Shown here: one piece after another, positions 1-13,763 of the stretch
How positions within the stretch are numbered: position 1 is the first letter of the stretch
How the letters are laid out: every line of letters starts with the position of its first letter
Assembly: GCF_031769215.1 (NCBI RefSeq)
Contig: NW_026781862.1
Location: 868,001-932,000, forward strand
Direction of reading: 5' to 3'
Length of the DNA stretch: 64,000 nucleotides
From: Ylistrum balloti
Taxonomy: Eukaryota
The notes under the pieces: model-generated
Databases searched by the model: none
What the model was told of the DNA's origin: nothing
The model's input: only the letters and a program-made list of their open reading frames with translations
Translations under genes and position numbers: made by a program

Positions 1-444
1 CAAATATATTATACAGATTTTGTTACAGACCTATATGTGAGATTCAGGTCAAATCATAAATTTGTTGTAAATTCTTGATGAAATGTCTTTTGGAGTGTTT
101 GAAATGAGTTTGATAGCGAAACTCTATATTTAGTAATAGTGAACTTGACAGATTAAACAATTAACTGAGTCTGTGAAGTTTTAAGGACCAAATCAAACAT
201 ACTTGTGAATTTAAATATTCAGTGAGGCACCACCATACAATGACAATTCCTTGTGCATTATTGTCTGTCAATGTACGAAGCTTATTTTGGCAATATGTTT
301 GGCAGGTGCTCTGAGAAAACTTGTGCTAGATTTATTGAGGGAAATTCAAATATTTCCAAATGCGTTATAAAGCAAAGTGATAGTGCAGTTCCCTAAGTAC
401 ATTTATTGTAGTAAGCACAAAACTATTTCCAGCTGATATAAATC

Positions 445-893
445 AAACAAGGGCCGTCAGAGACAGGTTCTGCTCCTCGAATGGGACAAAATTTAAGAAT
501 GAGAAAAAACTGAGGGCAATAAGAGAGTTATGATTTTTGTGCACTGCCCTCCTTCTCGTTGAGATCTATCTACCTATGAAGTTTCATGCTGATGCCTCCT
601 ATAGTTTTTGTGTAATGCTCTGGGCAAAATTTAAGTAAGAAAAATAACCAAGGGCAATAACTCCTAAATTATGCAAAAGAGAGTGATGTTCTTGTGCACT
701 GCTCTTCTTATTGATATCTATCTACCTATGAAGTTTCATGCTGATAACTCTTACAGTTTTTGTGTTATGCTCCAGACAAAATTACGAGGAACAGATGCAC
801 ACAGGGAAAAAAGGATGGACAAATGGACGCCGCAACAGACAGATGGATAAAGCAGCAACTATATGCTCTCCCTTTTGTTTGCTAACCATAAAA
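445..893 (+). mobile_element. Non-autonomous HINE/pearl(CvA)-like element
   Basis: Begins acaagggcc, has two internal ~155-bp repeats (tatctacctatgaagtttcatgctgat), a GACA/GGAT-type microsatellite (gacagatgga) and a ctatatgctctccc...cataaaa end. This layout is typical of bivalve Helentron-associated elements. Confidence 0.6.
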
Positions 894-981
894 TGTGGCT
901 CATTTACTATACTATACAACTGAACTTCAGACAAGTATGTTATGGACAGTTAAAGAAAATAAGTCTTAGTGTTCAACTTAC

Positions 982-3900
982 TTCAAATAATGAACATAAT
1001 CCTCTGACACTCATCTCAAGGTAACCATGAAGCTTCTTCACCTCAGCAACACTAAGGTCTCCAAAGCTCTTGTTTTGGTCCTCAAACCAGCTTGACATAT
1101 CAAAAAGTGAAGACAGACCAGACTTGGATTGTTTTGTCCGTGAAGACTCCACAGTGGTGATTCTTGTCTTAGCCTGACATATCTGTTTCATCACATCGGT
1201 CACCTGTAACAGCCAGCCCAGCAACAAATTTTAAACAAACACATATACAGCCAGCCCAGCAACAAATTTTAAACAAACACATACCTGGTATACAGCCAGC
1301 CTAGTAACAAATTTAACACAAACACATATACAGCCAGCCTAGTAACAAATTTGGTATGATGTGACCAATCATTTAAGCAAGCATTTCAAGTTCAAACTTT
1401 AAGTCATTTTGACTCTACATCTATGGCCTCTTTGTGTACAGCTTCTATATCTGATTATGATCAAAATCTGGTAAAACAAAATCTAAACATATCATTTAAT
1501 TTTTAATTTGACACCTTTCGTAGTTCTTAGAAACAGCAGTAGAAAGAATTTTGTAAAGTAAGAAGTTAGCGGGACAGACAGATGGATGGACCACAGACAG
1601 AAAGTGGTTTTTAAAAACCTACTCTTCAACAACACTAATGTTAAGTTATAAGTGTATATAACTGTACTATGACACTTACAGCTTGCATTGTGGGGTCAGC
1701 GGCTGGTCCAAACATTGGAGAATACTGGAAACCAGATCTCTCAAGCTCCGAGATCTGTGTGTGCAGACTGAGGTTGGTCTCTTGGGACAGATAGCTACCT
1801 CCTAGATCATGGGACGGAGACAGTCGTAACGATCGGTACAGGGAGGTACACAGATCACGCTCAGCTGAAAGGGACATAATCATTATCTCTTTAACATTCA
1901 CAAACACAAAAACTGGAGATATAGGCAAGAAATCAACCTAACCACATATGTGATATAATATATATACCTGGTTATCATGCTTACAGCGAGTGGATCAATA
2001 CTTGTATATAGATTATCATGAAGTATCTTTCTGTCCTCTATACATACCTGTTTGTATTATGGCTGACAAGTTTTGGAGGCTGAATACCTGTATTTAAAGA
2101 AAAAAGTCATAAGACTGAAAGTTTGAACGAAATAGGAGATACAGGTATATAATTATGTAGAAAATACATAAATATATACAAATTCATATGTGTTTCTTGT
2201 TTCTGTTGCCTCTGATATTGATTGTATAAAAGGTATAGATCAATCTAATGCATTTCTGTTGTTTTTAAACTGAATTGGAGAGATAAACAATACGTAATGT
2301 CAACAAACATCACAATGTTAATTACTTGTATATTTATGTAAAGTCTGTACACAAACTTAAAAGTGAAAATCTCCCTTTCTTCCCTCATAATCTAATTGCT
2401 GTCTTTCAAATCAAATCTGTGTTAGTCTTATTGTGATACTATTTGGAATTAATAGTATGTGGATTTTAAAGAAGTCCAAAGAGCTTATGACTTCAACCCC
2501 TCTTCTAAAAAGATTTCTGTTATAAGAACAATTGATTTTTCCACTGTGTACACCACCATACCTGAATCTATACTGAAAGAACGCCTTCGTTCTCTTGATA
2601 TGAGAGATTTCTTTTCAAGGAAAGGTAAACGGCAGTACAAACATATGGTTGTGAACTATACTGAAGCATATTCTGTGAAAATTACATCTAAATTCAAGAA
2701 GAAATATACAGAGGACGAAATCATACAAATGATCGAGTTTCTGGTTGACAACATCTTTGTCTAGTTTGGTAGGAAGATCTTTCAACAGACTATTGGCATA
2801 CCTATGGGAACCAACTGCACCCTTCTGTTGGCCAACTTGTTTTTGTTTTCATACACGGCTGAATTCATCAAAGAGCTTATCAAATCAGGTCACAAAGACC
2901 TTGCAAAGTCATTTAATTTCACTTTCACATATATTGATGACTTCCTGCTTTTAAATCTATGTAACAAGAAATTTATTCCTTTATCGAATACCCCCACCAT
3001 AACTGGAAATCAAAGATGTGACAGACTCTACATCAGTCGCTTATCTCGATCTTTCCCACGGACCACTGAGTAAGATGTGTAATTTCCTTCATAATATGAT
3101 GGTGGATTTACTAACTGAATTCTAAGGGGTTATCTTGTCATATTTTGTATGAGGAAAAAAGATATGCTACATCCCTTGTATATAAATGGAAGGCTACAAT
3201 GTAAGTTGGTTTCAATGCTAAAATAATTCTCTGTTTAATAAATAAATACCTTTGCTACTCTGTACAGCATTAGACCATTAATAGGAGCAGTGAGGTCCAT
3301 ACGAAACACACGACACAGGAACTCTTGGAACAACACAGTGTAAAACAGCAAGTTATCCTCTATAAAGGGGTGCCTGGTAATCAAAAATAATATATATAAT
3401 GTTAATCAAAGTGTCTCACAGACAACTGAGTAACAAATATCATTGACAGACTGTAAATCAAAGGATTCATCAAAAGTTGAGGGTGTAACTGGCCTAAACA
3501 AAGAGAAATTATCTATAATATAGGTTGGCAAAAGACATCACACCAAACGACCAAGGAGAGAAAAAGGGTAAAACTCCTAATATTTTTCTTTCATTTTGGC
3601 ATGATTACAGAGCATCTAATACTTAACCAAACATACTTGGAATGGATGTTTAGCTCTTATTAATGCTTTGAAAATGTAATGTCAGAATTAAAATTAGTAT
3701 TAGATACCAACCAGCGGCCTTCATCCACAGCTTTGGTTTCGGGATCACTGTCTCGGCGGATCTTGGTACGGTTGTTGTTGGTGTTGGGAATGTAACGCCA
3801 TGGCTGAATGTATGTCAGCCAGGTTTCCAACATCTGAACAAGAAAACATATACATGTATTCAGAAGAAAATAAATATGGTGTTTGGAGAGTTTCAGTGGG

Positions 3901-6900
3901 TGTTTTTTTTCAGCTTACAATTTTGTTTCTCTAAGGGGTTTAGTATTTTCATGAAAGATTTCAATGCAGGATTTTAGTGAAGGGCTTTGGTGGAGGGTTT
4001 AGAACAAGGTTTTAGTGAAGGGCTTCAGTGAAGGGTTTAGAATAGGGTTTTAGTGAAGGATTTAGAATAGGGTTTTAATGAAGGGTTTAGAACAAGGTTT
4101 TAGTGAAGGATTTAGAATAGGGTTTTAGTGAAGGGCTTCAGTGAAGGGTTTAGAATAGGGTTTTAGTGAAGGATTTAGAATAGGGTTTTAGTGAAGGGTT
4201 TAGAACAAGGTTTTTGTGAAGGATTTAGAATGAGGGTTTTAGTGAAGGGTTTTGGCAAAGGGCTTCAGTGAAGGGTTTTGAACAGGGTTTTTGTGAAGGG
4301 TCTCAGTGAAGGCTTTAGAACAGGGTTTTGGCAAAGGGCTTCAGTGAAGGGTTTAGAACAGAGTTTTAGTGAAGGGTCTTGAATAGGGTTTTAGTGAAGG
4401 GCTTCAGTGAAGGGTTTAGAACAGGGTTTTAGTGAAGGATTTAGAATAGGGTTTTAGGGAAGGGTCTAGAATAGGGTTTTAGTGAAGGACTTCAGTGAAG
4501 GGTTTAGAACAGAGTTTTAGTGAAGGGTCTAGAATAGGGTTTTAGTGAAGGGCTTCAGTGAAGGGTTAAGAACAGAGTTTTAGTGAAGGGTTTTGAACAG
4601 GGTTTTTGTGAAGGGTCTCATTGAAGGGTTTAGAACAGGGTTTTGGCAAAGGTCTTCAGTGAAGGGTTTAGAACAGGGTTTTGGCAAAGGGCTTCAGTGA
4701 AGGTTTAGAACAGGGTTTTAGTGAAGAGTTTAGAACAGGATTTTGGTGAAGGGTCTAGAATAGGTTTCAGTGAAGGGCTTCAGTGAAGAGTTAAGAAAAG
4801 GGTTTTGGCAAAGGGCTTCAGTGAAGGGTTTAGAACAGGGTTTTGGCAAAGGGCTTCAGTGAAGGGTTTAGAACAGGGTTTTGGCAAAGGACTTCAGTGA
4901 AGGGTTTAGAACAGGGTTTTGGCAAAGGACTTCAGTGAAGGTTTAGAACAGGGTTTTAGTGAAGAGTTTAGAACAGGATTTTGGTGAAGGGTCTAGAATA
5001 GGTTTCAGTGAAGGGCTTCAGTGAAGAGTTAAGAAAAGGGTTTTAGTGAAGGGTTTTGATCAGGGTTTTTGTGAAGGGTCTCAGTGAAGGTTTTATAACA
5101 AGGTTTTAGTGAAGGGCTTAAGTAAAAGATTTTGAAAAAGGATTTAAGTAAAGGAATTTAATGTCGAGTTTACAGCTGAGTAAAGGATTGGTTGGTTTGT
5201 TGGTTGACTGTTTGAAAATTAAAATCTCATATTGTTCGTTTATTTTTTATATGTCTGAAAATAATGACCGCAAAATACTATGTCTTTCATTAGCATCCTC
5301 TGTAACCAGCAGAACTTCTTTGAAATGTATATTTTAGTATTATTTTGCTAGTCTCAAGCAAAAATCTTAAATCCTGTTGTTTTTGGGAATCAACCTCCAA
5401 GGATTCTGTCAGGAGGATATGCTGTTTGAAGTACACATTCACATACAAGCATATTTAATAAATCTGCATTATACAATTGAAGATTGTCTCACTCACCAGT
5501 CTGAAAGATGAATCCAGTGGCCAGCGGTCAAATCCATGTCTCAGGAAGGCATAGAGTTTTTTCTGGATGATGTGTGGGAGTAGACTTCTGTAAGGATATA
5601 CTCTCAGTGTAAACATCATCTTATATTTACTTTGATCAGGTAACTACCCTGTTATCAGTGTAATAACACCCATTACATAACTACCCTGTTATCAGTGTAA
5701 TAACACCCATTACATATCTACCCTGTTATCAGTGTAATAACACCCATTACATATCTACTCTGTTATCAGTGTAATAACACCCATTACATAACTACCCTGT
5801 TATCAGTGTAATAACACCCATTACATATCTACCCTGTTATCAGTGTAATAACACCCATTACATATCTACTCTGTTATCAGTGTAATAACACCCATTACAT
5901 AACTACCCTGTTATCAGTGTAATAACACCCATTACATATCTACCCTGTTATCAGTGTAATAACACCCATTACATATCTACTCTGTTATCAGTGTAATAAC
6001 ACCCATTACATAACTACCCTGTTATCAGTGTAATAACACCCATTACATATCTACCCTGTTATCAGTGTAATAACACCCATTACATATCTACCATGTTATC
6101 AGTGTAATAACACCCATTACATATCTACTCTGTTATCAGTGTAATAACACCCATTACATATCTACCCTGTAATCAGTGTAATAACACCCATTACATATCT
6201 ACTCTGTTATCAGTGTAATAACACCCATTACATATCTACTCTGTTATCAGTGTAATAACACCCATTACATATCTACTCTGTTATCAGTGTAATAACACCC
6301 ATTACATATCTACTCTGTTATCAGTGTAATAACACCCATTACATAACAACTATGTTATCAGTGTAATAACACCCATTACATAACAACTATGTTATCAGTG
6401 TAATAACACCCATTGCATAACTCCCCTGTTATCAGTGTAATAACACCCATTACATAACTACCCTGTTATCAGTGTAATAACACCCATTACATAACTACCA
6501 TCTTATCAGTGTAATAACACCCATTACATATCTACCCTGTTATCAGTGTAATTAAACCCATTACATAACTACCATATTATCAGTGTAATAACACCCATTA
6601 CATATCTACCCTGTTATCAGTGTAATAACACCCATTACATAACTACTCTTTATCAGTGTAATAACATCCATTACATAACTACCATGTTATCAGTGTAATA
6701 ACACCCATTACATATCTACCCTGTTATCAGTGTAATAACACCCATTACATAACTACTCTTTATCAGTGTAATAACATCCATTACATAACTACCCTGTTAT
6801 CAGTGTAATAACATCCATTACATAACTACCATGTTATCAGTGTAATAACACCCATTACATATCTACCCTGTTATCAGTGTAATAACACCCATTACATAAC

Positions 6901-9900
6901 TACTCTTTATCAGTGTAATAACATCCATTACATAACTACCATATTATCAGTGTAATAACACCCATTACATATCTACCCTGTTATCAGTGTAATAACACCC
7001 ATTACATAACTACTCTTTATCAGTGTAATAACATCCATTACATAACTACCATGTTATCAGTGTAATAACACCCATTACATATCTACCCTGTTATCAGTGT
7101 AATAACACCCATTACATAACTACTCTTTATCAGTGTAATAACATCCATTACATAACTACCCTGTTATCAGTGTAATAACATCCATTACATAACTACCATA
7201 TTATCAGTGTAATAACACCCATTACATAACTACCCTGTTATCAGTGTAATAACACCCATTACATAACTAATCTTTATCAGTGTAATAACATCCATTACAT
7301 AACTACCCTGTTATCAGTGTAATAACACCCATTACATAACTACTCTTTATCAGTGTAATAACACCCATTACATAACTACCCTGTTATCAGTGTAATTACA
7401 CCCATTACATAACTACTCTTTATCAGTGTAATAACACCCATTACATAACTACCCTGTTATCAGTGTAATTACACCCATTACATAACTACCATGTTATCAG
7501 TGTAATAACACCCATTACATATCTACCCTGTTATCAGTGTAATAACACCCATTACATAACTACTCTTTATCAGTGTAATAACATCCATTACATAACTACC
7601 CTGTTATCAGTGTAGTAACTTCCATTACATAACACCCATTACATAAAGCTTATCAAAATAAGTGTAATATGATCTAGTGGAGATGTGATCAACTGGAAGT
7701 TATCATTGTAGCCTTAACAAAGAAAGAAAGTTTGGTCATACAGTGACATAGCCATTAAGGACATTTGTTTGGTTGCGAGTAACTCTTACACAAATTACAT
7801 TAAACTTCATATACCGGGTAGTACTCTCACTTTAGAGAACTTATTATCTATTAATATATAATCTAGCAGATGGACAAATCACAACATCTTACTTTTTAAA
7901 TTCATCAAGGGGCGACACCAGATGGGTCTGGTACGATGATGTCAAAACATCCTGGGGCACTGTATTGACAAAGTTATGGACATGTTTGATGAGCATGCGC
8001 ACTAGGCGTGTGTGGTTCTTGCTTGGCATGAAGTGTTCCTGTGGAGAATAATGTCATAAAGTGCATTGCCTTATATCTGTGTTAGGTTTCTAAACATGGA
8101 ACTAAAGCTTATCTGAATATCAAAATATTGAGAGAGCGAGGATTCACAGGTTTTGTAATTAAACACAAAATATGATTTTAAGAAACCAAAAATACATTAT
8201 TGGTAGGCATATATTAGGGACCAAGAGAGACATTCATACTCAAATTGTATGTGCTAAAAGGAATATGTTGTATAACAACTTCAATGTCAATGTTAGAATA
8301 ATTAATAATTTTCATGTCTGTTTCAACAGAATATTTACTGCAACCCTGTACTTTTTGAGTTTATAGCAAGAAAAATTACAGGATAGAAAATTTATCTCTT
8401 ATTTTTTTAAAAGAAAAATTTTGATATCAGGTAAACAATAGTACATTACAATAGCATTGATTCCCCCCCCTCAAGATCAGTGATAATCAATAAAAATCTA
8501 CTATGTACAAAACAAAAATTAAAAAATTAAATTAAAACAAAAAAGTGTTGCTATGACAACAGTTTCAGTATAAAATACCATATTTGGCAACAAACAGAAA
8601 ATCAATTGTTAAAAGAATGAAGACAGGCAGAATTGCATGGTTTCATTTTCATAGATAATTAATAAATGAACAACTCTTAGGGTTTGAGGTTAACATTGAT
8701 AAAATGCCATACACTGCGAGGTATTTGATATTTATGTTAGTAAAATATTACATGATATTTATGAAGTCTACAGTCTAATAAGGTATATTTGTACAGTTTA
8801 TGTATGTGTTGCCTATCAAATGGTGCAGATCAAAAAAGCTAAAGCAAATCATTTCATGTGATAAAAAAATGGGATCATGAAGCATGCAATTTGTAAAATG
8901 GCACAATTTGTCATTTAATAATCGTTGCTGAAGTGAGAACATTAAACAAAATAAAACCAACCCATGTTATGTAAGTCATATTAAAATGTTTAAAATTCAT
9001 TCACATGAGGCAATAAAAATGTTTGAAAACTAACAAGTATACCAAAAATGAAGATCAACCATGGGAATGTTTCTGCAAGCAGGGATTGCAACATTTCAAA
9101 CTGGGATGTAACATTTCAAACTGGGATGTAACATTTCAAACTCATATAGATGTGCAAAAAAAAAAAAAGAAACCTTTCATTGCATGCATCTACATAAAGA
9201 TATATAATCTAGATAATGTACTGTAAAAATATGCATCTCATTTCTATACCATATTTTATAAGCTGTTACAGAGTACAGTATTCCTCATGGTATGCCAGCC
9301 AACATTATACCCTGCTTTAACAGCTAATCAGAGTTAGAGTGACAGCTCAACCTAATATCCGATGTCCTAATTCATCCTGTAACTCAACATGACTCAAGTT
9401 TCTAAATTCAGCATCAAGAAGACTGCATGACTCTAGACCTGAACTGTGTCACTATAGCAAGAAATAAAGGTGAATTTCAGTATATGCAACCTCTGTTCTG
9501 TAACTGAACCCCAGTTTAATCATGCATGTTAGAGACGTATGTAACCCATAGATTTTACAGGGGGCCAGACAGCCCAATCAGTTAGAGACATACGTAACCC
9601 ATAGATCTTACAGGGGGCCAGACAGCCCAATCAGTTAGAGACATACGTAACCCATAGATCTTACAGGGGGCCTGACAGCCCAATCAGTTAGAGACATATG
9701 TAACCCATAGATCTTACAGGGGGCCAGACAGCCCAATCAGTTAGAGACATATGTAACCCAGAGATTTTACAGGGGGCCTGACAGCCCAATCAGTTAGAGA
9801 CATATGTAACCCATAGATCTTACAGGGGGCCTGACAGCCCAATCAGTTAGAGACATACGTAACCCATAGATCTTACAGGGGGCCCGACAGCCCAATCAGT

Positions 9901-12900
9901 TAGAGACATACGTAACCCATAGATCTTACAGGGGGCCTGACAGCCCAATCAGTTAGAGACATACGTAACCCATAGATCTTACAGGGGGCCTGACAGCCCA
10001 ATCAGTTAGAGACATACGTAACCCAGAGAGTTTACAGGGGGCCTGACAGCCCAATCAGTTAGAGACATATGTAACCCATAGATCTTACAGGGGGCCTGAC
10101 AGCCCAATCAGTTAGAGACATACGTAACCCATAGATCTTACAGGGGGCCAGACAGCCCAATCAGTTAGAGACATACGTAACCCATAGATCTTACAGGGGG
10201 CCAGACAACCCAATCAGTTAGAGATATATGTAACCCATAGATCTTACAGGGGGCCAGACAGCCCAATCAGTTAGAGACATACGTAACCCATAGATCTTAC
10301 AGGGAGCCCGACAGCCCAATCAGTTTGAGATATACGTAACCCATAGATCTTACAGGGGGCCCGACAGCCCAATCAGTTAGAGACATACGTAACCCATAGA
10401 TATTAGTCCCGTAAGTAAATTGATTGCAAAATTCTTGTTAACCAGGCACACAGACAGACTGTAAAACCTATATTAATATCTACTTCTTACTTACTTATTT
10501 AACTGGTAAAGATACCTTGACTGATCCAACAATGTAAAACATTTATTTACAACATATAACAACCTTATAAGTAGAAAAGAAATAACAACAGTGCAGACAA
10601 AATTCTTTGTCAAATTCTTGTGTCAATCTGCACCTTTTTTCAAAACAACATAAAAATTCACCAAGGCATTGAACTCTAGTAACAATGATAAAATATCTTC
10701 AGTAAAATAAATGTAATGCCATAAATAACGAGAGAAAAGTGAGGATATATCACAACATCTACACACAGTACACACTATAAGGCAGAACTAGTACCAGCTA
10801 GTGACATCTCTACTAGGTTCACCATTCCTCCTCAATACATGCAGAACTGTCATCATTTTTGTCTATACTGGCATACTGGGTACTAAAACTTTCCATATAT
10901 ACTTTATTCTAGTTTTAAATTGAGCAGTTCAGTTAAATCTACCTATCTTTTAACTTTCTACTGTTCCTCACTGTAATTTTGATGGTATTGCGTTGATGTA
11001 CTTTATCTGACAATTCTAGTTGGTATATGTATCTAAGTTACATCGAGTGGAGAAATTAATTCTAAGTCTATATGGTACATCTATGTATCAACCCTCACAA
11101 TCCAAAGGCCACTGTATTCTTTGACAATGAGATTAAGACTTGGTGATTGACAGTTAAACAATTTTGTGGTTACTGGAAATGTTTCTCTCCATGAAGGACA
11201 GCTGAACAACAGACAAAAAGGATGACAATAAAAGAGTATATTATGCAGGTATTATGGTTCAGGATGCCCATCCAAATATCATACTTACATACAAATAGTC
11301 AAACGGTCCTCGAGCCCGTCGGGCATGGGCAGACATTGTCTACGGTAGAGGTGGGGAAAACAGGTTGTATTGCACAGATGTTACTATAGCTACTGGCTAC
11401 AGTACATACAGGTATCAATACTTCATTTGTAATCTCTATAATGGTCTCTTTTGGCTAGGCATGCAGACTGGGAAATCTTTTATAATAATACTGCATAAAC
11501 ATGCTTGACAAAAAGTCTTATTGTAATCTATTCCTAAGTATAAATGTTACTACAGGGGTTGTGACATTTTGTCTAAATAGAAACTAAATCTATTCAAATC
11601 TATTCAGATTTTATTTCCGACATGAAAATGGGATATTAGTAAACCCACCATAGCATTGCCTGTTAGTAGCTGTCTCTCTACCTCCACTGGGTTCTGATTC
11701 AGCCAAAACTCAGCTAAAATCTGGAATTCAAAAAATATACACATTTTTTCTAAACAGCTTTGATGATAGCTTAAGGTAACATGCAATGTGAAAATTTGTG
11801 AAATTCAGATACAAAATGACATCTTTGGATTGTTACAAATTCATTATAGAGTATATATTGGGAACATTGTTTTAACCAAGATGATCCAAGCTCAAACTTT
11901 TACAAAGGCAAACAATGGAGAGTATTTATGTGACATCTAATGACATTAGAATACATACAGGTGATAGAGTTGAACTTCAACATGTCACTCTTGATGAAAT
12001 TGATTTTATAAGGTGACAACACTAGCACATTTCTGTTTTAAGTAAAATCATATTACTGGTGTACTACTGACCTGGAGCAATGTTTCCGAACGCCATGTTT
12101 CAGCCTCACTCTGACCAAAAACAGGTGATCCCTGGGAATGTTGTTTCGGCATGGTTGTAAAGCTTGACTTCAGTAGACCTAACCTAGACCTAGTCTTGGG
12201 TGGCGTCACATTGTTTGGTGATTTACTTCTGAAAAACAAACCTCTGAGTGGTCAGAAGTGTGGGTTACTCAAATCATTGATGATTCCAACACTTCTATAT
12301 CCATTTGTATATATTCCTGGTGAATGCAAGAATAGATTGTCATTGCTTACCCTATGATTGAGTGTGCCATTGGACTTCGCATGGGAGAGACATTATGGGG
12401 GATCGCTGGCAGACTGTCTTTGTGTAGTGGCAAGAAGTAGTTAAGATAATCGTCTAGGAGACAAGGATATAAACAGTCTGTCAGCGTGTTCCAACTCGGG
12501 TTCCTTTTCTGCCAAGCTGGACTTACCAGGCAATACACAAAGTGGAACATGTAACACTCAAATGCATCTGACAAAGGTCAAGGTCATAGAATGTGAATCA
12601 ATCTCAAGGTTACAAACATGTATGGTGATTATCACCATCAACATATATTTACATTTAAAACACTGTCATGGTCATGCCTACAAGTTTATATTCCAAAAAG
12701 GATATTTAGCACCACCGTTGGTCGCCCATAATTCTGATACTGTAACTTATTGGCATAAAATAGTGGAATCCCTCCTTCCTCAATGATGTTTCTAGTAGGG
12801 GTCTACAACAGTATAAACATGGATCACCACCTTCAATTTAATCCAATGTGAAATAAAACCAGACACAGTTACTGAACAATGAGAAGACCTCAATATGAAT

Positions 12901-13763
12901 GGATGATTAGATTATAGATAATAAGAAAATAGAAAACAACAAGTGTTGTCTTATATATTGGTACACTGATGTTAATAAGGAGAAATTCACAAATTAGAAC
13001 ATGGAATAATAAGTAGTAGGCACATAAGCAGATATTGTTCAATTTTCTATATATATGTAATACTTTTTTCAATGTATACATAAGAGATGGAATAGTATTT
13101 GTTCACTGTTACAACATATATTGTGATAAAAGTTTCTCAAAACTATCACATTCTGACTGAAGAGTGAAAAATATGCTGGCTACTTACAGGTAAATATCTT
13201 GTTGGAAATTCATAGCTGATGTACTGGTCTCCTTGTAGACTACTAATCAGTGTAAAAAGTGGACCCTCAGGACCTAAAAGTTTCCTAACAGCATCAAAGT
13301 CATGTGTGTTAGTAGAACGACAGAGCATGTCCAGTCCCCATCCAGGCTCCAAATCCAGGCCAAAGATGTGCTCTAACAGGTCTGGGAGAGCATTTCTCAG
13401 CTCCTATATACAGCATCAAACATAGATTGAGACTTTTACTTATTGCATCTAATCTTCAATCTAAAATAACCACAGATTTTCACCAGTTGAAATTAAACTT
13501 TTTTTTATACATGATGATTATAAATTTACACAGGAATGAAAACCTTTTTGGACAGTATATGGCTACCTTTTGAAGTGGTATGGTAGCATGTGCATATTAC
13601 AGATAGAGACTAAGTACAATTATTCTTAAATGAAATGCAAAGTTTGAGGAAATAACTTATTGATAAAAAATGTATATACCTTCCCTCCTGATGACTGGAT
13701 GATTGAGTCTACTTCTACACATCTTTGGGCAATTGATTTAATTGCAAGGTTTTTCAAACGTAT
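982..13763 (-). CDS. SMPD4: Sphingomyelin phosphodiesterase 4 (neutral sphingomyelinase-3), multi-exon, partial: 3' end lies off the left edge and the start exon is unresolved
   Basis: Phase-consistent exons, 5' to 3' on the minus strand: 13763-13680, 13403-13188, 12802-12706, 12567-12351, 12228-12072, 11720-11649, 11339-11289 (probably optional), 8038-7893, 5587-5497, 3833-3712, 3373-3250, 2087-2048, 1864-1680, 1203-982. The translation has motifs recalled from SMPD4: ETWRSETLLQ, SPLDEFK, IQKKLYAFLRHGFDRWPLDSSFR, LETWLTYIQPWRY, HPFIEDNLLFYT, YRVAKVFS, QYSPMFGP. Confidence 0.93.
1205..1355. repeat. ~38-bp tandem repeat, about 4 copies, next to an SMPD4 acceptor
   Basis: Unit acagccagcccagcaacaaattttaaacaaacacatat. 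Confidence 0.85.
2440..3073 (+). mobile_element. Penelope-like retroelement reverse transcriptase relic, degenerate
   Basis: The translation gives IDFSTVYTTIP...QQTIGIPMGTNCT.LLANLFLFSY...FNFTFTYIDD, the typical PLE RT motifs (DFSTLYT, GIPMG, YIDD). There is an in-frame TAG at 2762-2764 and a later frameshift. It lies antisense within an SMPD4 intron. Confidence 0.85.
3990..5130. repeat. Degenerate G-rich minisatellite built from ~11-nt modules (gggttttagtgaa, gggtttagaaca, gggcttcagtgaa)
   Basis: Directly visible, within an SMPD4 intron. Confidence 0.9.
5641..7640. repeat. 37-bp tandem array, about 54 copies
   Basis: Unit taactaccctgttatcagtgtaataacacccattaca. Confidence 0.97.
9525..10400. 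repeat. 53-bp tandem array, about 16 copies
   Basis: Unit gttagagacatacgtaacccatagatcttacagggggcctgacagcccaatca. Confidence 0.97.

Noticed and set aside
203-310. 108-nt phase-0 open segment with AG/GT borders on the minus strand, as the next SMPD4 exon
   Set aside because: The translation (STCQTYCQNK...) shows no resemblance to the recalled SMPD4 continuation. It needs RNA evidence.
3990-5130. Interstitial telomeric repeat
   Set aside because: It contains gggtttag words but no tandem TTAGGG or TTTAGGG runs.
5641-10400. CRISPR-like appearance of the 37-bp and 53-bp arrays
   Set aside because: The units are contiguous with no unique spacers, there are no cas genes, and the context is a eukaryotic intron.
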